This document shows positions 1 through 10,703 of a stretch of DNA of 51,625 nt, piece after piece (positions within the stretch are counted from its first letter, which is position 1; each line of letters opens with the position of its first letter). The notes beneath the pieces were generated by a model, which did not search any database, was not told where the DNA came from, and was given only the letters and a program-made list of their open reading frames with translations. The DNA lies in assembly GCA_048128005.1 (NCBI GenBank), contig JBEUKZ010000110.1, positions 62,001-113,625 of the forward strand. Reading direction: 5' to 3'. The translations under genes and the position numbers were made by a program. The DNA comes from Veleropilina oligotropha (lineage: Eukaryota).

Positions 1-64
1 GCTACTTTCTAATAGCGAAGTTGTGAATTGCTTTAAATTAATTTTATCAAAAACAGACATGTGA

Positions 65-219
65 TAAATAGAACATCACATTCGTGGTGGTGTAATATCA
101 CATTTATGAAACTCGTTTAACTAATTTTCATATTTTCCTCAGCAAAGCCTCGGAAAATTAGTTAAACTCGTTTCATTTATGTGATATTACACCACCACTC
201 ATGTGAGATCCTCTATTTA
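65..219. repeat. ~155-bp imperfect palindrome (terminal hairpin of a dispersed non-autonomous element)
   Basis: Arms taaatag..cacat..gtggtggtgtaatatcacat.. / ..atgtgatattacaccaccac..atgtg..ctattta. Close relatives at ~40771-40930 and ~43584-43710. Confidence 0.8.
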
Positions 220-237
220 CAGTACACTAGGACTCAC

Positions 238-349
238 CTAGAGAATGAGCAATGACCGACACCTTACCGCCACCAGCTTCGAAGTAAGGATGTCGGGCGC
301 AGAACATGGAGTAGAGTCGATTTAATTCTGTTTGTAGGCCTTGAGTTAT
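238..349 (-). CDS. DDHD1: DDHD1 coding exon 7 containing the lipase nucleophile motif; gene continues beyond the window start
   Basis: Encodes ITQGLQTELNRLYSMFCARHPYFEAGGGKVSVIAHSLG (AHSLG serine motif). GTGAG donor at 237. Confidence 0.92.
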
Positions 350-828
350 CTAAAATATGTGACATATCAACATGAGTATACTCTTCCAATTCAAACATAA
401 TTCTGCACATATACAAACTATTTTTTTTATAAGACCAGTTAATATTTGATTCGATTAGAATTTAACTTTTTCGTCATATTTTACGTTCCAAAGACAGACT
501 TGCAAATATTCATAATATTATTTTTGTAAGAAGAACGCCCAATGGATCTAGTGAAATCCACTTCTTCCGCTGGTTATTGACTACATGTACCAAGACGGAC
601 AACTCTGTGTCGTAGACCGGGAGTCAAATCCACATTGTTAACTATTGTCGGCATGGTCGCTAAACTACAATTCAATCAATCAATGTTAACACACTGTAAG
701 ATCATTTTCTCATATTAATTCCCTATAAAAAACGAGGTTGCTGATTCATTTCAGACATTTAACTTACAGATCAGGCACTTTCATATTTATTTATTTGTGA
801 AATAACGGTTTAAAATAAAAACATTCAC

Positions 829-935
829 CTCCGATCTGTAGAGTGGACTGGTATAGTAAAGAACGTCCATGGCACTGCTGTTCAGAATAGTTCTTAGACC
901 TTTTATCTTTTGTGGTGTTATAGATTCCACTGTAT
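829..935 (-). CDS. DDHD1: DDHD1 coding exon 6
   Basis: Encodes DTVESITPQKIKGLRTILNSSAMDVLYYTSPLYRSE (conserved LNSSAMDxxYYTSPLY). AG/GT boundaries. Confidence 0.92.
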
Positions 936-1211
936 CTGAAAAATACATTAAAACCATTGTTGTGGTGTCAGTCTATTATCTTGACCCGTGTTCAATTACA
1001 CATATTTTTATTTATTTCTTGCCACATGATTAACCAACCACCAAGTTACATATTTAAAGATTATATATTTCTTGATATATCGTGCGGAAACAACGGAAGC
1101 AGACGGACATCACATTCGGGGGCATATAAAATGTACCTGGACACATTTGTTATCACCATATACATTATTTGAACATAAATTTCTGATATATCGCAATTAT
1201 ACAGATAATAC

Positions 1212-1327
1212 CTCCGTCCAATTTTAGTGAAGATCGCCATTCAACAGGCAAAAACTCAGCTCTCTGGTTCATATCGTCTAAATTGGGGAACTGTTTCTCC
1301 TTCAATTTCCGCACAGATTCACGGAGA
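1212..1327 (-). CDS. DDHD1: DDHD1 coding exon 5
   Basis: Encodes DLRESVRKLKEKQFPNLDDMNQRAEFLPVEWRSSLKLDG (conserved EFLPVEWR). AG/GT boundaries, phase-consistent. Confidence 0.92.
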
Positions 1328-1585
1328 CTAAAAACAGAAAGTTATCTTTTCAGTTATAAATAACTCAAATACTCTAAATGCATTTGATTTAACAACAATA
1401 TATATGATCATATATCAAGGCAATCAGTGCATACATCCTACCTGTCTGGTATATCTAACTACATTATTGTTCATTTCTTTTGATATGGTGGGATATAGGT
1501 ACTACACACGGCAATATCATGCTGTCGTGACATCATGGACATGTCCTGGTATCATGACCCTGAAGGGTGATAAAAATGGGACCTA

Positions 1586-1933
1586 GGCCAAAAAAATAAA
1601 TTCTTTGGCTCTTGTTACATGGTTATAAAAATTAGGGTATGTAGGTAGGTAAATATTTTTATTTTTGGAAAAGTTTTTTCATATAACTATGTATTGATTT
1701 TCCCCAAAATTAAACAACCAACTGAACAAAAATCCATGTCATATGGTAATATGCGGCCATTAATCCTATTTAATAGATATGTCTCACATCACAAAGCCTT
1801 CCAGAGAGAAAATAGGATGGTCAAGGGCGAGATGGCTTTAAAAAAAAGTAAATCACCGATAAAAAGTTTAGGGTAGGGCCGAAAATTTAGGTAGGGTAGG
1901 GTAACAGGAAAACAATACATTTTTGTCTTGGCC
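1586..1933. mobile_element. MITE with GGCC termini (Zator-like, inferred) in DDHD1 intron 4
   Basis: Imperfect terminal inverted repeats (TIRs) ggccaaaaaaataaattc...gttac / gtaac...ttttgtcttggcc. Flanks CTA/TTA resemble a TWA target duplication. Confidence 0.5.
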
Positions 1934-1961
1934 TTATGCATCGATCCACACTAAAACTTAC

Positions 1962-2100
1962 TCTCCACAGCTTTTTACAATGCTTCCGGTCTCCATTTTC
2001 TGTCCGATTCCATGGATGACGAAGACCAGGTGTGTTATGTCGGGTGGCTTATCATCCATCTGAGCTTCATAGCAGTATGCTCTGTGGAGTTTAGTACCGG
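1962..2100 (-). CDS. DDHD1: DDHD1 coding exon 4 (after a 12.8-kb intron)
   Basis: caacag acceptor. Encodes SGTKLHRAYCYEAQMDDKPPDITHLVFVIHGIGQKMETGSIVKSCG, including the conserved HLVFVIHGIGQ. GTAAG donor, phase 2. Frame continuous with exon 3. Confidence 0.92.
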
Positions 2101-2502
2101 CTGTTGATGATAAAACAAAGTTTGTTGCGCAACATTGAAACCACCAAGTTTAGTTGCTTATATATAAGTGTGCTGCACAGCTAATATATGTACGTATGCT
2201 GTACAACATTGAAACTACCAAGTTATAGTTATAATATATTATTGAATATGTTGCGATGTGCACCGAGGAATTTGCATATTATTATAGCACAATATGCAGA
2301 GGAACTATTGCTTTAATTGATATGAAATTAGGTTTATAGAAAAAAAAGAAATACATAAGTTTGATATGCATCACCATTACAAGTTTATTCTGTATAGCAT
2401 AATGAAGACAAAGACGATATTACTCCAACACACTTAAATGTGTACAAGTACAGGTCTCCAATTTTCTCCACATTATTATAAATCAGACACTCCATTTTGT
2501 AG

Positions 2503-2582
2503 TAGATTTTAGCAAACAATTATGACAATAAAGAATCATGCTTAGACTTTAGCAAACAATTATGACAATAAAGAACCATGCT
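2503..2582. repeat. 40-bp tandem duplication
   Basis: tttagcaaacaattatgacaataaagaa(t/c)catgct occurs twice in tandem. Confidence 0.85.
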
Positions 2583-3029
2583 CCCCAATTCATTTGCGTT
2601 GGCGCTGCAAGTTGTAACTAGAACGTCAAAGCCGTGAAATGGCTCGCATGACTCATATATTTCTATAGTACTGTAGCCATCCCAGCTCTAAAACAACCAA
2701 AGTAATATAATGTTCTATGACGTTGGATTCCCCATTATAACCCTTCGTATGCGACTCCCGTATGTATGTGGGCCCATGCCCTTCCCTGTACGCGGCTCAC
2801 ATATAAGTATACAGTCAAAATATAGTGCCCTAAAAACTACATGCAGAGTCAAAATAAACTCCACACAGGAAAGGTTAAGAAACCAATATATTTTGACAAG
2901 CAGACTGCAAAAGTCTTAATACACATATTATATTATTAAGTGGAAGCATAAATTTGTTGATTTATAGTAATGTATGGCTCTGTGATAATAGTGACCAAGA
3001 TATAATGTTAATCAGCAACATTGAATTAT

Positions 3030-5027
3030 TGGAATCTTCAAAACAAAATGGCGACCACGGCAGCCATCTTGAATCCGAAAACGACAAAAATCGTTAGGCG
3101 GTGTGTCCTCATCATAATGAACGTGCATAATGATTTTGAATCAAATCAGAATAGAACTCTTCACTGTAGAGCGGATACAAGAAATTTCTTCAAAACAAAA
3201 TGGCCACCACAGCGGCCATCTTGAATCCGAAAACGACGAATATCGTTACACGGCGTGTCCTCATAATAACTAACGTCCATACCGAATTTGAATGAGATGG
3301 GATAAAAACTTTTTCCTCGATAGAGCGCACACAAGAAAACTCTTCAAAACAAAATGCCCACCATGGCGGCCTTCTTTAATAAAAACGTCGACAATCGTTA
3401 GGTGGCATGCCCTCATCTTAACTCATCAACATGCACACCGAATTTGAATCCAATAGGATTAGAAATTTCATTGTCGAGTGCAAACAAGAAATCTATCCAA
3501 AACAAAACGGTTGCCAGGGCAGCCATCTTGAATCCGAAAAATCGATAGGTGTAGTGTCCTCATCATACCAAAGTGTATATCTAATTTGATTGAAATAGGA
3601 TAAGAACTTTTTACTATAGAGCTCACAGAAGGTATACTTTCAAAACAAAATGGCCACCACGGCAGCCATCTTGAATCCAAAAATGACAAAAATCGTTAGG
3701 AGGTGTGTCCTCATCATAATGAACGTGCATACCGAATTTGAATCAAATCGGAATAGAACTCTTCACTGTAGAACAGACACAAGAAATATCTTCAAAACAA
3801 AATGGCCACAATGGCAGCCATCTTGAACGCAACATGGCTAAAATCGTTAGACGGCATGTCCTCATCATAATGAACGTGCATACTGATTTTGAATCAAATC
3901 AGAATAGAACTCTTCACTGTAGAGCGGATACAAGAGATATATCCAAACAAAATGGCCACCACGGCGGCCATCTTCAATCCAAAAACAACGAAAATCATTA
4001 GTCTGCGTGCCCACATAATAACGAAAGTGCATACAGAATTAAATCAATTTGAATGAAATCAGAATAGAACTCTTCACTGTAGAGCACACACAAGAAATTT
4101 CTTCAAAACAACATGGCCACCACGGTGGCCATGTTGAATCCGAAATCGACAAAAATTGCTAGGCGGTGTGTCCTCATCATAATGAACATGCATACCGAAT
4201 TTGAATCAAATCTGGATAGAAGTCTTCACTGTAGCACAGACACAAGAAATTTCTTCAAAACAAAATGGCCATCATGGCAGCCATATTGAACGCAAAATCG
4301 ACGAAATTCGTTAGACGGCATGTCCTCATCATAATGAACGTGCATACTAATTTTGAATCAAATCAGAAAAGAACTCTTCACTGTAGAACGGATACAAGAA
4401 ATATCTTCGAAACAAAATGGCCACCACGACAGCCATCTTGAATCCAAAAACGACGATAATCGTTAGTCGGCGTGTCCACATCATAACGAAGGTGCATACC
4501 GAATTTGAATGAAAGCAGAATAGAACTCTTCACTGTAGAGCACATACAAGAAATTTCTTCAAAACAAAATGCCCGCCACGATGGCGCCATCTTGAATCCA
4601 AAAATGACGAAAATCGTTAGTCGGCGTGTGCACATCATAACTAACGTGCATACCAAATTTGAATGAAATCGGAATAGAACTCTTCACTGTAGAGCACACA
4701 CACATGAAAACTAAGTTGCATACCGAATTTGAATCAAATCGGATTAGAACTTTTCATTGTAGAGCGGACACAAAAAACTTTAACCTAAAATTCACCTAAA
4801 GTTCTATATCCAAAGAGACCATCATATTTTCATTAATTATATAAAATTGTATTGAATATCATTGCCAGAGTATCAGATGATATCCATATAACCTATAACA
4901 AAGCATACAAACACTAAAAAGTCCCTTGGAAAACCCATATACACTCAACGAAAAACTTGAACCAAATTGTTGATGCTTGACGGTACAGAAACAATATGCC
5001 CTTTCGCATTCGGCGCGGGCATAAAAA
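3030..5027 (-). mobile_element. Helentron-type non-autonomous element (HINE/pearl-like) with a ~152-bp tandem array (~11 units)
   Basis: The anchor caaaatggcc...ggcagccatcttgaa recurs about every 152 bp from 3043 to 4565. Terminal inverted repeat atgccc...gggcat (4996-5022) is followed by an A-run. Confidence 0.7.
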
Positions 5028-5329
5028 TTGCGACACAGACATTAGTGTTAAAATTTTATTTGACGTGCCATGCACTATGTACATAAGCACACATACTATT
5101 ATATTTATCAAATTTAAAGATAACAAGACATTATAACATCAAAGGAAAAGTTTGACCAAAACTTTAACAAAATATTTTTTAAATCCAGAACTACCATTTT
5201 GAAGTATAATTAGATTTAAATTACATTCAATATTAGTGTTATAGTGTCGTGTAGCATTGGAGAAGAATAACAAGGCCCGTATTTATTTAAACTTGATTAC
5301 TTCACTATTGTCAATAAATCTGAAAAATT

Positions 5330-6312
5330 GACAACAAACGAGAATATTAGAATAACCAAGATATAGAATTTACAAATTTCTGCAGAGAACAAAAGGAAGG
5401 GCCATGCTAAATTAGAAAAAAAGTTATCAGACAGATTTTACGAAATTGATTGAAATCTAAAGTATTGACAACAAACAAACGTGAATATCAGGGCAACAGA
5501 GACGTAAAATTTTCTAATTTTCAAAGAGTGTATTCAGAACATCATAAGGAAGGCTCATGTCAAATTAGAAACAAAGTTCTCAAATAGTTATTGAGGAATT
5601 GGCTGAAATCTAAAGAAACGAGAATATCAGGATAACCGAGCAGTAGAGATTTTTTTTTGGGGGGGGGGGGAGGCGAGTACAATCAAATCATCATTAGAAA
5701 GGCCCATGCCAAATGAGACAAGAAGTTATTAGACAGATTTTAAGAAATTGATTGAAATCTGAAATATTGAAAACAAACATGAATATCGATAAGACGGAGA
5801 TGTGGATTTTTTTTTTTTCTCACAGTACATTCAGAACATCATAAGGAAGGCTCATGTCAAATTAGAAAAAATGTTATCAAACAGTTTTTGAGATATTGAC
5901 TGAAATCTGAAAAATGGCCTCAAAAACAGACGAACAAACGTGAATATCGGGACAACCGAGACGCAGAAATTTTTAATTTTCACACAGTATATTCAGAACA
6001 TCATAAGGAAGGCTCATGCCAAATTAGAAAAAAAGTTATCAGACAGTTTTTCAGATATTGACTGAAATCTGACAAATTGACAACAAACAGACAAACAAAC
6101 ATGAATATCAGGAAAACAGAGACGTAGAATTTTTTAATTTTTCCTGAGCACATGCTGAACATCATAAGGAAGACTCATACCAAATTAGAAAAAAAGTTAT
6201 CAGACAGTTTTTGAGATATATGCATTTGAAGTCAAATGGAGACGCCGGACGGACGCCGGACAACTCGGTATTAGAAAAGCTCCGCTGACTGGCGTCATAG
6301 CGGAGCTAAAAA
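5330..6312 (-). mobile_element. Second HINE-like element with a ~150-160-bp tandem array (~6 units)
   Basis: aaattagaaaaaaagttatcagacag recurs near 5409, 5562, 5711, 5860, 6021 and 6182. The end has a ggacg microsatellite, inverted repeat agctccgct/agcggagct (6278-6307) and an A-run. Confidence 0.7.
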
Positions 6313-6555
6313 TGATGATAAAGAGTGCACATGTTTGCCTATATTGAAAAGCATTATTTAAAACTTTAACATTCAATATTTCTAAGTCCAAAAGCAGCAA
6401 TTTGAAGCAAAATTTTATTTAAATTACATTCAATATTACTGTTATAGTGTTGTGCAACATGGTAATAGACATATCTACAATAAAAAGAGAGCACATGGTT
6501 GCCTATATAGCATGATTGAAAAATGAGGTTTTAATGTAAACCTAATATTAGTATA

Positions 6556-6762
6556 AAACATACTTACGTCCTTACTCTTGCCATAATAGTATATTATCGC
6601 CCAAACCGGAAATGGTGAATATGTCCCATAATGCACCGTTAATAAGCCAAAAAAGCACACGGTTACCTCCCCTGCTCCTACCCACCACGTTCCCCAGCGA
6701 GACTTCGCCAAGTCTCGTGAGACTTCTGAACAATAGAAGTCACATGACATCAATTCAAAGTT
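6556..6762. repeat. DIRS 3' ITR (207 bp) plus a 32-nt terminal extension at 6524-6555
   Basis: Reverse complement of 13760-13966. One mismatch seen (aataagcc vs aataatcc). Confidence 0.95.
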
Positions 6763-6822
6763 CAAAAACCACAAAGGAACGTAGTAGAGGGGAGGAATGC
6801 GAAACGCAGGGTGGGTAATCGT

Positions 6823-6913
6823 GTAAGGACGTAAGTATGTTTTATACTAATATTAGGTTTACATTAAAACCTCATATATAGTTACAAACATACTTACGTC
6901 CTTACTCTTGCCA
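6823..6913. other. DIRS internal complementary region (ICR)
   Basis: 6823-6875 is the reverse complement of the element end 6523-6575, and 6876-6913 is the reverse complement of 13939-13976. Together they are a copy of the circle junction gtaactatata|tgagg. Confidence 0.95.
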
Positions 6914-7745
6914 GAATAACCTTGGATAGGTGGGTAAGACGTTCCTTACAACAAACCCAAACAAGATAATGACTTACTTTTCACCAATTCGATCAGCATG
7001 AAGCGTCGAGTGTGTCCGCCTAGAGTGGAATTTTTACTGAGTATTATATTCTACTCTTACCAGGCGAGAATTTCGACCAGTGTTACCGGGAGAATACGCC
7101 GTGGTGTTAGTCGGACGAGGTGAACGGAAGTGCAATCAGCCCCTGGCACGGCCGGAAGGATAAATCCCTGTAGGTCTTACGTGTCATGGACCAGTGGCAG
7201 CCAAATGGGACTCCGGGCCTATAGGCCGGTAGCCAGAGGATGCAGTCGGATTTGTAAGCACACGGAACCTAACAGGTTGTGAAAGCTTTAAAATCAAAAG
7301 CAAAGAATTAATAGATTATATAATAATCGATATTAATAAGTAGTTCGTATGACCAACTTGCGAACGCTAACATGGACGACATGTCACTTAAAATAAATTT
7401 TAAGGAAGCAAAAATGTTCGGCATGTTACTTAAAATAAATGTTAAGGAATCAACATTTTAAATGTATTGAACATCGTATGTTCGATTACAGCAAAGAACA
7501 TAATAATATTGAACCCTAATCTTTTTAAGATTTGTGCAAAATTATCAAAGTTGTTTTATTAAATTCAATGTGATCTGGCTTATGTCAACACTCAGTCTGA
7601 CATGAGAAGTACAAAATCTTAAATTAGATTTAAGAAATGAACAGACATTGAACTGCCCCATAGGTGTTAATTACATAGCACCGTTTGGCCAACGAAAATA
7701 AAATGGCGACAGTAAATATGCAAATGATCAATCAGAGAACAATAC

Positions 7746-10703
7746 TTACTGATTAGAAGACCTCGGTCTAACAATAACCCTTTGTGCAGCAACACAGTGT
7801 AAACTGCTTAGGCCATCAGCCCCGGTTGAGTAGTCGCGCAGATAATGTTTGACAAACACGTTAGCGTTTTTCCAATATCCGGCCTGTAGTAACGCATTGA
7901 TATTTAAATTATGTCGGAAGGCTACAGACGCTGCAATAGCCCGGACCTCATGTGCGCGTACCGATAAAATAGTTCGGTCTTCGTTGTCACAGCGGATGTA
8001 TACATCTCTCACTGTCTGTGAAATCCACCGCGAAACAGTAGTCCTCGTAATGTCGCGGGTGTAGGAGGGCAAATACGATATGAATAAACGTAATTTTCCC
8101 TGTCGCAACTCACGGGTTCTGTCTAGGTAGAACCGAAGCGCCCGGACCGGGCAATTGAAGCGGTCTGCGTCGCGCCTTCCGACTAGCGTTAGCTTGGGAA
8201 TAACAACATCGGGTGCGTCCTCGTTCGGCCGCTGGTTCTTGGCTAAGAAGCCCAGAATGGGACGCAGTATCACCGACCCGTCTGACTGGAATCGTATGTC
8301 TCTTAGCTCGGAGGAGAAAGCATGAATCTCGGAACAACGCCTGCCCGACGCTAAGGCGATCAGAAAAACTGTTTTGTGCGTCAAGTTCCTCATGGTTATC
8401 TCGGACATCGGCTCATACGGGGGTAAGAGTAATGCGTTAAGAATAAGTACGATATTCCAGGCAGGTGGCTTAATTCTTCGGGTCGGTATCTCGAGTTCAT
8501 AAGATCGTATAAAATCTGATATCGTTCGGTCGCTTGATAGGCCAGCATGGGCACGACACTGCTTTAGCGTGGTCGCGATCGTTGCCCGATAGCCTTTGAC
8601 GGCGGACACTGACATACCGCGGTCGAAGAGCGACGATAAAAACTCGATAAACTTGTTCACAGGGGGACGGAGTATATTGATCTGCCTGCTGTGACACCAA
8701 TCCACGTACTTAACCCATCGGTAGTCATAGACTTTTGTAGTGGAAATCCTTCTCGATCGGTAGATACGTAAGGCTGTAGCTTTAGAAAATCCTTTCTTAG
8801 CAAGGGATCGTTCGATAACCGCCAGGCGTGTAAACGTAAGTGGTTCGGCGACTCGTGGAGTACACGGGTGCGTGGTTGCATTAACAGGTCTAGTTTCTGC
8901 GGTAACGCTAACGGTCGATCGACGATCAGATCGAGGAGGGTCGGAAACCAAGGTTGCGTGCGATACAGGGGCGCTATTAGCGTTATCTCGCAACGTTCGG
9001 TCGCTGCCTTCTGTAATACCAGTGATAAAATGCACGTCGGGGGGAAGGCATACGCGGACAGATTCTCCCATGTCATTGACATTGCGTCGACCGCCAGGGC
9101 GGCCGGGTCTGGGTACGGGGAGACATACAGAGGTAGTCGGTAATTGAATTCTGTTGCAAACAAGTCGACTTGGGGTTGTGACCACCGGCGACAAACGTCC
9201 CGAGCTACTCGGCTGTGTAGCGTCCACTCTGTGTGTATAATCTGTGATCTCCGAGAGAGCGAATCCGCTCTGACATTCAGCTTTCCCGGGATGTGTCGGG
9301 CTCGAATCGTCGAGTTGAGGGACATCACTAAGCGGTGTAGGTCTATTGCTCGGTCGCATAGGGGACGCGAGCGAGTACCGCCATGGTGCTGTATGTAAGC
9401 GACGACAGTCGTGTTGTCCGTGGCGAGCATTATATGCTTGTTGCGGAGATGTGACGAGAGGGACCGTACTGACAGGTAGACGGCTTCTAACTCTAGGAAG
9501 TTGATATGTCGTCCCTGAAGGTCTGTCGGCCATAGGCCTGATGTCTCGTAACTGTCGAGGTGACCACCCCAGCCGTCGTTCGAAGCGTCTGTGAACAGGT
9601 AAGCGTTCGGCTCTGGTGGGGATATAGGAACCGACTGGTCCGGCAAAGCGGGGTTCAACCACACTGCTGTCGTGTCGGTAAACCAATGCCGTAGATCGAT
9701 GCGATCCTTCCACTGCCCCGTCCGTTGTATCCAGCGATCCCTGAAAGCCTGTTGTAACGGTCTTTTGTCCATGCGACCCGTCGGTAGCAGGGGCGCTACC
9801 GACTCGATGTGCCCCAGGACAGTGGCCAGTTGTCGCGCCGTAGTTATGTCCGATGACAGGGTGTCTTGGATAACCGCGCGTAGGTTCCGCATACCCTTCT
9901 GGGTCGGCTTCGCGGTGTACCGGACCGTATCGAAGTCGACTCCGAGGAACGTAAACGTCGTCGAGGGCACGAAGCAGGATTTTGTCTCGTTGATCTGAAA
10001 TCCCAGGCGCTTCGTCGATGACAGGGTAAAGCTCGTAGACCGGAGGCACAGATCTCGGGACGCCCCGAGGATCAGCCAGTCGTCGAGGTACATATGTACC
10101 CTGTGCCCTAGAGAGTGTAGGAAGGCCCCCAGGGCCTGTACTGTTCTCGTGAAGACGTACGGGGCTGACGATAGACCGAACGGTAGGCACCTGAATTGGT
10201 AGATCGTCTTCCCGTGTATAAACCGAAGGTACTGATGAGCCGTGATATGCATCGGGACATGCAGATACGCGTCGGCGAGATCGATAGACGCTGCCCAGTC
10301 GCCCGGACGGATGGCCGCTCGAATCTTCGAGAGGGTTTCTTGCTGGAATTTCTCGGTACGAAGATATAGGTTTAGGTACGAGAGATCGAGGATCGGTCTC
10401 CAGCGGCCATCGGGTTTCGGGACCAGGAAGAAATGGCTGTAAAATCCTGGTGTGCTGGGCGGCGCGGGATATATCGCTCTTTTTAGGAGCAAATCCCGCA
10501 CTGCCTGGTCTAAGACCGCTTGTTTCTCTCCGTTTAGGAGGCGAGCGTGTCTTGTTGGTGGTGCCTCGGTTAAGGTCGGATGCCGGTTGAATGCCAACTT
10601 GTATCCGGCACTCACGACTAAGTGGACCCAGTTGCTGTCTGTCAGCTCTAGCCAGGGCTGGCTGTGTGCTAACAGGCACGCTCCCACCGGCAGGAGCGGG
10701 CAA
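7746..10703 (-). CDS. DIRS tyrosine recombinase ORF (domain in the C-terminal ~370 aa)
   Basis: LASGRRCSEI (catalytic R), AKN, CPVRAL, HEVR (HxxR), GYW, FVKHY (catalytic Y). Overlaps pol by ~2 kb in another frame and is in frame with gag. Confidence 0.93.
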   Translation of the reverse strand: MPAPAGGSVPVSTQPALARADRQQLGPLSRECRIQVGIQPASDLNRGTTNKTRSPPKRRETSGLRPGSAGFAPKKSDISRAAQHTRILQPFLPGPETRWPLETDPRSLVPKPISSYREIPARNPLEDSSGHPSGRLGSVYRSRRRVSACPDAYHGSSVPSVYTREDDLPIQVPTVRSIVSPVRLHENSTGPGGLPTLSRAQGTYVPRRLADPRGVPRSVPPVYELYPVIDEAPGISDQRDKILLRALDDVYVPRSRLRYGPVHREADPEGYAEPTRGYPRHPVIGHNYGATTGHCPGAHRVGSAPATDGSHGQKTVTTGFQGSLDTTDGAVEGSHRSTALVYRHDSSVVEPRFAGPVGSYIPTRAERLPVHRRFERRLGWSPRQLRDIRPMADRPSGTTYQLPRVRSRLPVSTVPLVTSPQQAYNARHGQHDCRRLHTAPWRYSLASPMRPSNRPTPLSDVPQLDDSSPTHPGKAECQSGFALSEITDYTHRVDATQPSSSGRLSPVVTTPSRLVCNRIQLPTTSVCLPVPRPGRPGGRRNVNDMGESVRVCLPPDVHFITGITEGSDRTLRDNANSAPVSHATLVSDPPRSDRRSTVSVTAETRPVNATTHPCTPRVAEPLTFTRLAVIERSLAKKGFSKATALRIYRSRRISTTKVYDYRWVKYVDWCHSRQINILRPPVNKFIEFLSSLFDRGMSVSAVKGYRATIATTLKQCRAHAGLSSDRTISDFIRSYELEIPTRRIKPPAWNIVLILNALLLPPYEPMSEITMRNLTHKTVFLIALASGRRCSEIHAFSSELRDIRFQSDGSVILRPILGFLAKNQRPNEDAPDVVIPKLTLVGRRDADRFNCPVRALRFYLDRTRELRQGKLRLFISYLPSYTRDITRTTVSRWISQTVRDVYIRCDNEDRTILSVRAHEVRAIAASVAFRHNLNINALLQAGYWKNANVFVKHYLRDYSTGADGLSSLHCVAAQRVIVRPRSSNQ

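Noticed and set aside
3030..6200. Regularly spaced repeats as a CRISPR array or repeat-protein gene
   Set aside because: Whole ~150-bp units are homologous with no unique spacers, no cas genes are present, the context is a eukaryotic intron, and the short ORFs are by-products of the repeat.
6475..6818. Duplicated ORFs MVNMSHNAPL... here and at 13689-14119
   Set aside because: They are translations of the ITRs, not genes.
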